From Sarea resinae (lineage: Eukaryota): a stretch of DNA of 39,858 nucleotides. A model generated the notes under the pieces. The model ran no database searches. It had not been told where the DNA came from and saw only the letters and a program-made list of their open reading frames with translations. The stretch spans positions 186,001 to 225,858 of the forward strand of contig JAPEUD010000038.1 in NCBI GenBank assembly GCA_026026165.1, written 5' to 3'. Both the position numbers and the translations under genes were made by a program. This document shows positions 1 through 10,679 of this stretch, piece after piece (the stretch's first letter is position 1; the number at the start of each line of letters is the position of its first letter).

Positions 1-2
1 CG

Positions 3-3000
3 TTGCTTCATACCAGGAACTATCTGCCTTCTTTGATTGAAGCGAGTGCAGAGATGAGCCAGGTGCACCGACAAGCAGTCCAACAGCGAAACTCTTCCGC
101 AAAAGCTGCAATCCGCCACATGCAAACAATATCGGCGGTCGAGTCGATGCTTGCAAATGTTCATTCAGATCTTTCGGGTCTAGACATAAACCCGGAAGAA
201 ATCGCAGCTTTTGACCTACTCACTCTGGTATCTAGATTGCCATTTGCTTATGGATCTCTATTGATAGAGTCTGTCCGGCGGCGAGAATGGTCGGAGAAGA
301 TGAAGACTGATTCTTCAACCTTGGCAGAGGAGATGGCAGCCTACAAAGAAGAAGAGGAGCGGCGCCGGAGAAAGTGGGTCAAGGCTCTTGGAGACTTTGT
401 TCCGAGTGGTGCGGTCGACGGCAAGGCGATAGGGGTAGAAGTCAACCTCCAAGGTGAAGAGAAGACATTACCATTCGCTACTCGGGAAGACGTCAATTCT
501 TTTCTGAAGGAGCTGGAGGACCTTGGTGGAATGGAAGAGATCACTAAAGAATTATCTCAGCTGCTGAAAGATTTGGATCGGCCTACTCGACAGCATGCGA
601 AAATAGCTAAAGCATTCAAAAATGGAAGCGTACATGACGCCGCTTTTGGCAGGGGCTCGCTCCTTCTTCGAGGTGAAGATGACCTTGTTCGGAGTCTGAA
701 GGATGACAAGAATAGACTTGAGGATAGGCTGAAGGGCTCTGAGAGTCGAGTGCGGAAGTTGGAGGATCTTCTACACCGCCAGAGCCAGATGGGTCGATAT
801 CCAGGTGGAAATATATTCCAGCCTTCCCACAGTCCTAGCCGAGACCCAATTAATCAAGCCACTTCTTTGTCCTCGCCGAGGCATTTGGATACAACATCTC
901 GTCGTTCATCGGTCTCTTCACGTAGGGTTTCTGCAAGCCATGGGATGGAGGATAAAGCCTTAGCAAACAGAATTCTAAGCCTAGAAGCCGAGCTGCTAGC
1001 GGAGCGGGAGAAAATAACAGGTCTTCAAAACGAGACTTCGCAGAAGAGTGGCACAGATGACCAACTAAAGATTCAGATGGAGGAGGCTATCTCGACAAAG
1101 AAGGACCTGATGGACAATCTAGAAGCGCAGCAACGCGAGTTTACTGGCGAGCGGAAGCTGCTTCTGGATGAGATCAGGAAAGTCAAGATGAGAAACGACG
1201 AACTCGAGGATGAATTTGACAGAATACTTGGAAGCAGAGATAATGAGAAGTCGGGCATCGATGAGAGAATTCTCTCTCTCGAGGCTGATCTAGATAAGAC
1301 TAGAAAGGCTGCTGCAGAAGAAGTGCAGAGAGCTCAGGGGCAGGTTGACTTCATGAAGAACGATTATACTCTGCAGCGAGAGAAAGCCAACAGACTTGAA
1401 AGCGAAATTGGCCAATCCGAACAGCAAAATGCCGGACTCAACGAGAAGGTTAAGGAGCTTGAGAACCATATGCTGGAGGATCAAACAGCTCGCGCAGAAG
1501 CTCTTCAAGCTATTCGATCTGCATATTCTCACCTAAAACCGGATGAAATGCCTCCGAACGACCTGACTACCTTGGCACAAGCATTCGAGCTCGCTACCGA
1601 ACGAGCAGTCAACCATGCAAAGGATCTGGGGGATGCTCTTGCCTTGGCGCAAGCTGATATCCAGGACCTGAAATCTAAAGTCAGTACCGCGGAGGAAGAT
1701 GGTCTTGCAGCCCATGAGAAACTTGCTGCAGAAGAGAACAAAAATTCCTGCCTTCAAGAAGCTCTTTCCCAAGAGCAAGCTCGGGTGGGCTCGTTAAGGA
1801 AGGAGCTAGACGATGAGCGGCAGGAACTGAATGGTCTCCGAACTAGATTCGCTGATGGTGAAACGGGATCTGAAGCTTTGAGATCGAGGGTGTCTCAAGA
1901 GGAGAGCAAAGTCATCGAGCTGTCAGGAAAACTTTCTGCTGCAGAGTCGCATGCCCGGAGCCTCGAGACAGAATTAGGAAGATGGCAATCAAACTTTCAA
2001 AGTTCTCGAAGAGAATCGCAAAGCACTGTGGCCCGTCTCGAGTCGCGTACTATGCGTGCAAAAGACTTGACACAGAGACTGTATTCTCAGAATGACCGTC
2101 TTAATCGTCTGCTCGAATCATTGGGTTACGCTATCACTCGTCGTGATGGCTCGATGATCATCCAGAAGGTGCCCAGAGCTACAAGTGCCAGCGCTACACT
2201 CTCCGATCCACAATCAATGAGTCGCACTGGATCTGGCCAGAATCCCACGAGGAGAGCCTTGGAAGATTCGGAAGATCTGAACTTGCTGTATTGGATGCAG
2301 GCGGACGACTCTGATACCGAGTCAGAGAAATATGCTGCATATCTGAGAAGCCTTGGGAAATTCGATGTTGAAGCATTCAGTGAAGCCATCACGAAACGTG
2401 TCAAAGAGACCGAGCATATGGCTCGCAAATGGCAGAAAGAAGCACGGGCTTATCGCGACAAATCACATAGAGCGCAGGCTGAAGCTCATGAGAAGATTGC
2501 GTTCCGTTCATTTAAGGAAGGAGACTTGGCACTTTTTCTTCCTACCCGGAATCAAGCAACAAGGCCATGGGCGGCTTTTAACGTCGGTGCGCCTCATTAT
2601 TTCCTCCGAGAGCAGGATTCGCACAAGCTGCGCACAAGAGATTGGCTTCTAGCTCGTATCAACAAAGTTGAAGAGAGAGTGGTCGATCTTTCAAGATCCC
2701 TCGCCGGGCTCAATGCGCCCAGCATCAGCGACCGCCGCTCAATTGGCGAAGGCAGTGAGGGTGGCGCTTCTATTGACGACGAAAATCCGTTCGAATTGTC
2801 CGATGGCCTGCGCTGGTACCTGCTCGATGCTGCCGAGGAGAAGCCTGGTGCCCCATCAACACCTGGTCTGGGCAAAAGCACTGTTGCCAGTGCACATGTC
2901 GATGCCAAAGGCAGCATTCGCATGAAAAAATCATCTGTCATTGGCGGAGGCGTCTCAGCCACTAAGACATTAAGCAAAAGTCTTGACAGCAGACGTAGCA

Positions 3001-3284
3001 GCTCGAATTCGAAGAAAGGCGTCCCCCCAGCTGCTGTTGCTGCCACTGGCGCTTCCACTTCTATCAACGCTTCCTCTCCGGCCTCTAATGGGGCTGCATC
3101 TGTTGATGCTTCCAGAGCAGGTACTTCCGCCGGGCCTCCCCCAACAGACGGTGCCTCTTATCGCCCATCAGGCCTAGTGGGTCTAGGGCTAGACAGCGAT
3201 GGCAATACAAGAGAGGACAGAAACATCGCAAACGCCGCCGAGAGCGCTGAACAGGTGCGAAAAGATCTCCTCTGGGGCCCCTAA
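3..3284 (+). CDS. ATG11: Autophagy-related protein 11 (Atg11/FIP200-like scaffold), 5'-truncated by the window edge; unspliced (short) C-terminal form ending EQVRKDLLWGP*
   Basis: 1093-codon open frame with long coiled-coil segments. The C-terminal Atg11/claw domain is recognisable: KIAFRSFKEGDLALFLPTRN..PWAAFNVGAPHYFL..DWLLARI.KVEERVVD..NPFELSDGLRWYLLDA. The frame is open from the window start, so the true start lies upstream. Confidence 0.95.
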   Translation: MLHTRNYLPSLIEASAEMSQVHRQAVQQRNSSAKAAIRHMQTISAVESMLANVHSDLSGLDINPEEIAAFDLLTLVSRLPFAYGSLLIESVRRREWSEKMKTDSSTLAEEMAAYKEEEERRRRKWVKALGDFVPSGAVDGKAIGVEVNLQGEEKTLPFATREDVNSFLKELEDLGGMEEITKELSQLLKDLDRPTRQHAKIAKAFKNGSVHDAAFGRGSLLLRGEDDLVRSLKDDKNRLEDRLKGSESRVRKLEDLLHRQSQMGRYPGGNIFQPSHSPSRDPINQATSLSSPRHLDTTSRRSSVSSRRVSASHGMEDKALANRILSLEAELLAEREKITGLQNETSQKSGTDDQLKIQMEEAISTKKDLMDNLEAQQREFTGERKLLLDEIRKVKMRNDELEDEFDRILGSRDNEKSGIDERILSLEADLDKTRKAAAEEVQRAQGQVDFMKNDYTLQREKANRLESEIGQSEQQNAGLNEKVKELENHMLEDQTARAEALQAIRSAYSHLKPDEMPPNDLTTLAQAFELATERAVNHAKDLGDALALAQADIQDLKSKVSTAEEDGLAAHEKLAAEENKNSCLQEALSQEQARVGSLRKELDDERQELNGLRTRFADGETGSEALRSRVSQEESKVIELSGKLSAAESHARSLETELGRWQSNFQSSRRESQSTVARLESRTMRAKDLTQRLYSQNDRLNRLLESLGYAITRRDGSMIIQKVPRATSASATLSDPQSMSRTGSGQNPTRRALEDSEDLNLLYWMQADDSDTESEKYAAYLRSLGKFDVEAFSEAITKRVKETEHMARKWQKEARAYRDKSHRAQAEAHEKIAFRSFKEGDLALFLPTRNQATRPWAAFNVGAPHYFLREQDSHKLRTRDWLLARINKVEERVVDLSRSLAGLNAPSISDRRSIGEGSEGGASIDDENPFELSDGLRWYLLDAAEEKPGAPSTPGLGKSTVASAHVDAKGSIRMKKSSVIGGGVSATKTLSKSLDSRRSSSNSKKGVPPAAVAATGASTSINASSPASNGAASVDASRAGTSAGPPPTDGASYRPSGLVGLGLDSDGNTREDRNIANAAESAEQVRKDLLWGP

Positions 3285-3407
3285 ATTCCTTTGCTCCCTC
3301 CACCCACCCCAATCCAGGATGAGGCGCGAAACAATCCGAAGGTCCGGGGCCCCCTGAATCGTTGCGCTATTAGTCACGACGCTGACGCGTATCCCATCCT
3401 CTTTCAG

Positions 3408-3710
3408 GCGCTACCGCGGGAACTTCTTCCCGGTTCAACTACTGCCGTCGAAGTCCGTGGTCTGGATCAGTCACCGCGCTTTGCATCTGCAGCTGCTTCG
3501 AAGTCGCCGCTCTCGTCGAGGACCGAAATTGTACCTCCGACTGCCGCAGCAGAGCCTCTAATGTCACAATCTTCTTCTTCATTCGCGAATGGAACAACAA
3601 GTAGTAAAGAGAAGGATGCTGACAAGGCCGGTCGCAAACCAAGGCAGAGTCTTTGGGATTCGCTGTGGTCGTTCGATCTCAGTGTCGAGAGTGGAAGGAC
3701 TCGACGCTGA
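3408..3710 (+). CDS. ATG11: Alternative terminal exon of ATG11 (100 aa, ALPRELL...SLWDSLWSFDLSVESGRTRR*)
   Basis: Donor CAG|GTGCGA at 3255, branch GCTGAC at 3381-3386, pyrimidine tract and TTTCAG acceptor at 3407. The junction is phase 0, and the exon is in the same frame as the main ORF. Confidence 0.7.
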   Translation, partial: ALPRELLPGSTTAVEVRGLDQSPRFASAAASKSPLSSRTEIVPPTAAAEPLMSQSSSSFANGTTSSKEKDADKAGRKPRQSLWDSLWSFDLSVESGRTRR

Positions 3711-4503
3711 TTTCCTCGCGTCGTCTTTTTGATTGATTGCATCAGCGTCTGGGTGTCTGTTCAGGACCGAATCTGCTTTTGCTTTGATCAAGTGAGGCAT
3801 TGCATCTTCTTTTTCGTTGCTTTTGTTTTCTCGTATCTCTTTCCGCTTTTTCGGAATTTTTTTTTTCATTTCTCCTGCATATTCCTTTGTCTTTGTCCTT
3901 TCTTCTCGTTTGCTCTAGAGCTCGCTAGCTAGATACCCGCCCTTAGTCTCCGTGTCGTCTTTTCTCATCCGTAAGGTATTCATATATTCCATCCATCTAT
4001 ACATACACACATGCATACATGCCCCTTGATCTATTGTTTGACCATCCACCACTCCGCCGGATCAGAAAGCTTTGTAGAACTTTGATCCTACTGGGGCTTG
4101 TCATAATGCAAGGCGTCGAGAACGCCACGCAAGCAGGTTGATATCTTGCGTGTATGCATGATTTGTATGGGTTTTGTATATTTTTATATATATAGGGAGA
4201 GAAAGAGAGAGAGAGAGAGAGAGCGGGGCCTTTATCTACATGCATGTGGAAAACGACCGAGGTCGTGGCAGGAGGATAGGAATTGTCTCTTCTGTATAGG
4301 GTGCATAGGACGGAGATATATTGGACAGATCGACATATGCTATATCTCTACATGATGGTCGCAGTAGCCCCCCATCCCCCTATGAATCTCAAAACCATCC
4401 CCGCGAAAGGAAAAAGAAGGAAATGAAAATGAAAAACTCCTTGGGGAAAATGCCTCTGCCTGGATCATTCTAATCCTACTATCTACCCCCCTTGCTCGGG
4501 AAC

Positions 4504-5604
4504 TCATGGCCCAGCTGCACCACCACCACCACCACCACCACCATCCTCCATACCCTCCATACCCGGCAGCCCGTCCACGCCACCCAGATCCTTGAAGAAC
4601 TCGTCAAAATCAATGCCGTGTTTCTCAAACAGCTCCTTAGCCTGCCGCATAGCCGAAGCCTGGCGCTGAGGAGTAAAGCCGCCTTCCTGGGTGGACTCGT
4701 ACTGGACGATTTCGATCCAGCGGAAAAACAGCGACTCGTGGCCGAGGAGGGTGAGGCGGTCCTTGAAAGCAACGATCTTCTTGCGGCTGACCTCGTCGCC
4801 GCCCTCGTCGAGCTGCCAGACGGGCCAGACGATCCAGCCGAACGGGTCCGAGTGCATGATGACGGTCTTCTGGAACTCGGCCTCGGCGACGCGCGCGCGC
4901 GCCACCAGATCGTGCGCGCACATCATGGCCGCAAAGTCTAGGTCCCACGACTTGTCCATCATGATGTAGCCCGTGCGGCGCGCCACGTACGCGCGGTCGA
5001 TGGCCGGCAGGATGCGCTCCAGGAAGATGGCGCTGTCCGGGTCCGTGATGATGGCGCTGGTGACGGCCGGGTTGGCGGCGGCGTCCCAGCTGCGCCGCGA
5101 CACCCGCACGATGATCTCGCGCGCCTGGAACCCGATCGTCCAGCGCCAGACGCACGGGTTCGCCAAGAAGGTGAAGGGCCATGGTAGGATGTATTTGAAG
5201 AGGACGAAGTCGAGCGCGAAGTTGCCGGCGCGCCGCAGGGCGATCGCTGCGAGCTGCGCCCAGGAGCTGTGCGCCACGTCTACCGTCGCGTCCGACGGGT
5301 TGCCGAGGGTCGACAGCACGATCGAGAAGTAAAAGGGCACGATGGCGTACAGGCGCCAGGCGAGTAGCACGAGGATGCCGATGTTCATGAGAATCGGGAC
5401 TGAGAAGACTTTGCGCTTGAACTGCGGCGGGTGCGTGTCGATGTGGGTGATGTAGATCTTGGCTGGGTCGAGGGTATCGAGGAAGGGTTGAAGAGCTTCG
5501 GGCGCCGGCTCGAAAGGCTCTGGTGGTTTGCTTGGGGGGGTTTTCGTGGTGGGTTTCGTGGGCTTCGGGGGCTTGGGGCCCCGTTTTGAGGCCGACTTCG
5601 CCAT
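4504..5604 (-). CDS. Uncharacterised fungal membrane protein (366 aa, about two TM segments, K/P-rich N-terminus, poly-Gly C-terminus)
   Basis: Intronless ATG-to-TGA ORF with strong GC3 codon bias. Hydrophobic stretches VFSVPILMNIGILVLLAWRLYAIVPFYFSIVLS and FALDFVLFKYILPWPFTFL. No family recognised. Confidence 0.85.
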   Translation of the reverse strand: MAKSASKRGPKPPKPTKPTTKTPPSKPPEPFEPAPEALQPFLDTLDPAKIYITHIDTHPPQFKRKVFSVPILMNIGILVLLAWRLYAIVPFYFSIVLSTLGNPSDATVDVAHSSWAQLAAIALRRAGNFALDFVLFKYILPWPFTFLANPCVWRWTIGFQAREIIVRVSRRSWDAAANPAVTSAIITDPDSAIFLERILPAIDRAYVARRTGYIMMDKSWDLDFAAMMCAHDLVARARVAEAEFQKTVIMHSDPFGWIVWPVWQLDEGGDEVSRKKIVAFKDRLTLLGHESLFFRWIEIVQYESTQEGGFTPQRQASAMRQAKELFEKHGIDFDEFFKDLGGVDGLPGMEGMEDGGGGGGGGAAGP

Positions 5605-6639
5605 TGGCCGTGTTCGATTTGCTGTGACTTGGAGAGCGGCCAGTCCTGTAGATATCAGGTCAATGCGTGGGACTTTCCGGCTTCAGGAATGACCAGCTGC
5701 CATGAGAGCACTGATGGTGGCTGTTCGTGTTGAGTGTAAGAGGATTGTTTACTCGGTGATGAGGTCAAATCTTTCTGGGGTAGGGAGTTGAAAGGTTCGG
5801 TAGAGTTTAGCGCATGTGCCAGGGCCAAGCTCTGTGGATCATATATTAATAGAACATCTCCACGAAGACTGGACCGATTAACAGACATTTATGACGTTTC
5901 GACATCCCGATAGAATGCAGGTGTCATTCTGGATGAAATCTGCGGTCATGGACGCAAGTGACAGAAGGATCATCACAAGATGAGAAGGGTTCATATACTT
6001 GCCGCATACGACACCCGACATCATCATCGCGATGATATTACAAACATTGGATTATACGCCCTCCATTACTCAGATAATCAATACCCCGAACGAACACGAT
6101 ATTTTCCTAACGAATTTACTTCTGTTGCTCCTTGGTGTCGACACCAGACTTCGGAGACAAAGCTTGCGCTGGATTTAATTCACAGTATTGTCTCTGCCTT
6201 TAACTACCGATGCATGCTCTCCCACCAAGCGTAAGTGACGTGGAGCGCATGAAAGTGACATTGAACGAACGTGCAAGCTCGCCCATCTCCCATCTCGCCC
6301 ATCATCCTCACTGGATCACACATGACTTGTGCCAGCGTGACCCTCTTGCCCAATTTTGTACAGATTATCGATCTCCTTTCCCGAAAGCGAAGTCTTCTGC
6401 AGAAAGGACTCTTTCAGACCACGACTTCTTCCCTGATGATAAATTGGAAGCCACAGTCCTTGAACACCCATGAACTTGAGAGGAGAGCCGAAAGAAAACG
6501 GAAAACAAGACACAAACGAAGGGGAAAGCACCTATCCTATTAGCAACATTTTCATTCTCGTAAATGAATAAAGACGACATGCTGAAACAAGTATCAGGCT
6601 TTTCGTCAGCTTGCAAGCAAAGCTGGTAAGTTGAACCGC

Positions 6640-9605
6640 TTAGTGTCCGTAATTGCCGCCCCATCCACCTCGGCCACTATTTCCATAATAATTTCCAAAT
6701 CCGGCGCCGTAGCTCCCATAGCCACTAGTCTGGTGGCCTTGTCCAGCAGCTTGATGCCCACCAAGACCACCAAGTCCTCCATACTGGCCGGCGTGTAAAT
6801 GGCTCGGGTATCCTCCAAAGCCTTGCTGGCTCTGCTGTGATTGAGGAGGGGGAAGGCCGGATTGACTTGCTTGAGCCGGAGTATGGTTGGTTGCAGATGT
6901 TGGGCGTCCTGGCTGATTCAATGAGGGACTCGGACCGCTAGCCGCTTTTGGCTCTCCGAAAGGCTTCAAAGACTCTTCGCCGCCGGTCTGTCTGTCGCTC
7001 GGCTGCTGGCCAAGTCCTTGGTTCTGGCCAGGGAAGCCGGCACCAGAGCGGCCAAAAACGTCAGGCATGCCTCCGAAAGCACTCGCGGCAGATGGTTGCT
7101 GATTAGATGCCTGAGCTGATCCAGAACGACCATAGTCACCCAGCCCGCCGCCGAGGCCGCTGTCTCTACCTTGCATACCAGGTTGACCGAACCCAGCAGG
7201 ATTTGCAGGTGATGCCGAGTGTTCAAAAGAAGACTGAGGAGACATCCCGTAGCCATGATGAGGCTGGCCGTACATCCCTCCCTTTCCGAAGGGCGCAGCA
7301 TAGCCTTGACCACCGTAGCCAAACTGTGATTCCTTTGTGAGTGATCAGAATGAGAGCTAACAATGGTCTTGTGAAACTTACTTGATTCAGGTAAGCAGCG
7401 TAGTAAGGGCTGGAGAAATACGGATGGCCATATGGATAACCTGCACCATGCGCTCCAGCTTGGTTGTGGGGCTGCTGTTGCAAGTGCTGACCCTGCTGGG
7501 ACTGACCGGCATGGATTTGCTGCCCAGGGAGACTCGGGTTAGGGGTGGTATGCCCGCTCGTCTGTTCACCGTATCGAGGCTGCGATTGCTGAGCCTGACT
7601 TGGGTATTGTGATGAAGTATCGGCCGCAGCGCCGAATCCACTTGTCGATCTCTGCTGATTGAAACCTGCATCTTGTTGGTTCTGCGGGGCCTGCTGGCCG
7701 TAAGTCGAGCCATAGTAGTTTTGATAAGCATTGCGTTGCTGATCAGAAGTGTAGTATGAAGAATAGTCATTCGGGGCAGATGAGAAACCACCAGTCTGGG
7801 ATTGTGGCTGTTGAGGGGCCTGGGACTGGCCGGGGTATCCTTCATACTGCTGGGTTGGGATTTGAGTCTGCTGGCCAAAAGGATCATAAGGTTTCTGAGA
7901 CGGGGCTGCTTGCTCTTGTTGCTGACCATATCTGTTGAATTGGCCGTACTGCTGGCTTCCTTGTGAACCTTGATGGGCCATCGCCTGCGGTCCCACAGGA
8001 GCTTGGGGAGATTGCTGTTGGGGCATCTGGTTCTGTGGCTGGGGTACTGGAGGAAGACCAGGTGCTTGCCGAGGAGTCGGCGCAGCGTCCTGGATTGGCT
8101 GCTCTGAAGGTATGGATGATTGTCTAGGGGCCGGAGGAAGGGAGGCAACCGGGTGAGCAACGGGAGAGTGTTGGGGAGGCTGAGCGCGAGTCTCGGCTTC
8201 CTCTCTCTCCTCATCGACATCGAGATCGTCCGCAGATCCGTTCAGTCCCAGGCTACCAAACTGTACAGCAGCGCGGTCGACTGCATGATTTCCTGGCATG
8301 ACCACAGCCTCCTGCTGCTCTAAAATTCGTCGTTGAAAGCTTGATGCGCGACCAGGAGTACCAGTCGCTTTGTGGGCACTGGTGGCAAAGCCCCCAAGTG
8401 CTGGACGGGATCCGGACGGCGGATGAGAGGCAGTCAGAGGGGTTACACTGGCGGCGGTGCTTCGAGGGTCTCTCGAGGTTGCGACAGTGCTGGCCACAGT
8501 AGCAGTAGCTGGAGGATTGGACTCGTCTAGGACTTGCTCAAGGTTCGTCTCTGTTAGTTCGTCTCTTGGTGGAGTGAGCTGAGATGCACTCTCCGAAGGC
8601 GTAATAGGAGTCACTTCTCCCGTAGACTTCTCTTCAGCCGGAGTCGTTTCAATAGATGGAGGCAGTACTTCGGGCTCCGCGGCCTGGTTTTCGGAAGGTT
8701 TGGGTGCAGCTGGAGTTTCCGTGATCTTTTCCTGCGATTGCGGCGCTGCAGATGCCTTTGGTGTTACGGGCGGAGGAGCCGGCTTGGCAAACATGCTCGC
8801 CCAGCTCTTTTTGACTCCCGTGGGAATGACACTACTTTTTTGTTCGACTCCTGCTGAAGGCTGATCCACGCTATTCTCTGTGGTCTCGGGTACTGGAGCA
8901 GGCTTATCCCAAGCCGGTGATTCATTCGTGGGAATAGAAGTTGTTGGGACATCAGTGGTCTCTGCAGACGTCTTAGTCGTCGCCGAAGGTCGTGCGCCAT
9001 TTGTGGGTGCATTTGAACCTGCTCGACCGCCCCGACCGACGCCGCGTCCTCGTTCGGAGCCACGGCCGCGGCTTGTCTTGCCACGTGCGCCACGCATAGG
9101 TGCTGCAGCAGTATCGGCTATGGTGCTGATGCTTTCCTTAACCTTTGACCGAGAACGATCGCCCTTTGACTTCTTCTTGACCTCTCCCCACTGAGATACA
9201 TTACCTGGAATTCAAGTCAGTAGCTGGTAGATTTCAAAAGCCAACAAAAATCACGCGACGTCGCGGGCCTCGGATGGAGATGGACGTGCAGGACGCACCT
9301 TCAGTGATACGATCAATAGTGCTTTCCAGGTCCCCGTTGGTCTCCTCCAAGGCAAAAATAATGTCTTCATCTGTCCAGTCTGGGAACATTTCCTTGATGG
9401 TACTCAATTGCCCTGCGTATTGCTTCTTGAGCTGGCCAATTTCGCCCTCATCCTCCAAGGTTTCAATTGGCGTGGTCTGAGACTTTTCGCCGTTAGCATA
9501 TCGGCCGCCGCCTCGAGCGCCTCCCCTTGTTCCATGGCCACCTCGGCCGCCCCGGGCTGAGCCTCTGCCACGTGGGGCAGAAGGCCTTGTCTGTACTTCC
9601 GACAT
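6640..9605 (-). CDS. DEF1: RNA polymerase II degradation factor Def1-like protein (CUE domain, RGG tracts, Q/P/G-rich low-complexity tail); exons 9605-9299, 9204-7382, 7323-6640
   Basis: CUE motif IKEMFPDWTDEDIIFALEETNGDLESTIDRITEG. Intron 9298-9205 (GTGCGT..TACTGAC..CAG) gives ITEG/NVSQWGEVKKK. Intron 7381-7324 (GTAAGT..CTGAT..CAG) gives YLNQ/FGYGGQG. The two introns join three ORF-track fragments in frame. Confidence 0.88.
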
Positions 9606-10679
9606 TCGGTGATGTGTGTGATGTGAAGTCTGTTCAAAGAAGAGAGGTAGGAGGAGCCACGGTCACGAATAGCGGTCGCGTGAGGTGGGAGTGGTGGGTT
9701 GGCAATGTCGAAGAAAAAGGTTGGCGAGAGCTCCTCGTAAATCTTGAGCCTCGTCAGACCAGCAGTCCCCAATGATCAAGGGTCACGGCTCCCTCGAGAG
9801 GACAGGAGGTGGTGAAAAGAGGCGTGCTTCCGATGAGATTGAAGCACCAAATGTGGTATTGCAGGGCAATGCGGAGGGCGCGGTGGGAAGGTGGGAGGAT
9901 GATGAGGGTGGTGGTGGTGGTGGTGGTGGTAGTAAAGGAAGTTACAGTGAGAGAGGTAAGAGTTGTGAGGTGTGGAAGGAGGATTGGGATCACGTACCTT
10001 AGAGTTACCTTAGTGGTTAGGTAGTCGTGGTGCTACTCCTCGTACTGAAGTAGTGAAGAGGTGAGATCGGGTACGACTACTTGGCCGGTACTTGATTCAC
10101 CGCTCCTTGCTGTATGTGAATGCAAGTCACCCTCGCTTCCCTTCTCCAGCGATACCTTGATCGCAGGTGGCCGTATGCAGGGGAGACAAGTCAGTTCCGT
10201 AGCATAAGGCAGATGCGGTCGGTCTGGAGAACAGAGACGGTCGCGGTACTTCTGAGAGAGTGGACCATCAGCGCACAGAGGAAGTAGAGTTACCTGCGAC
10301 TTCACTGGCGGCTGAGGGCTGGGGGCTGGGGACCGGCTAAGCGAGTCCCTCGGCTCGTCACTTCTTCGTCGCTGTCGTTGTCTTTTCCTTAGTCATCATG
10401 GGCCAATGCATTTCAAGGCCTCCAGCTGGCGGCGATCCATGATGGTCATGACTCCAGAAAAGACACCCTCATCATTGTTGCCCCACCTTGACCATCTCTC
10501 TTCCTGAGAAGTCTTTACGCTGCCACGTCTACGACTAGTATCAGCCACGACAGGTGTTCATTCCGAGTCAACTTCATACCCAGAGCGCTGTTACCGCTCC
10601 TCATCGAGACCAGACCCCAGATCATACGAGACCTACCGAGATCTGGGGAACTTTCTAGACTTCTCGAATCGGATTCACC

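Noticed and set aside
3282..3290. Stop-codon readthrough joining ATG11 to the in-frame downstream ORF 3291-3710
   Set aside because: The stop is TAA-A, a poor readthrough context, and a well-formed intron explains the in-frame continuation better.
7223..7381. Apparent frameshift between the 624-aa and 211-aa DEF1 ORFs
   Set aside because: Resolved by the canonical 58-nt intron 7381-7324.
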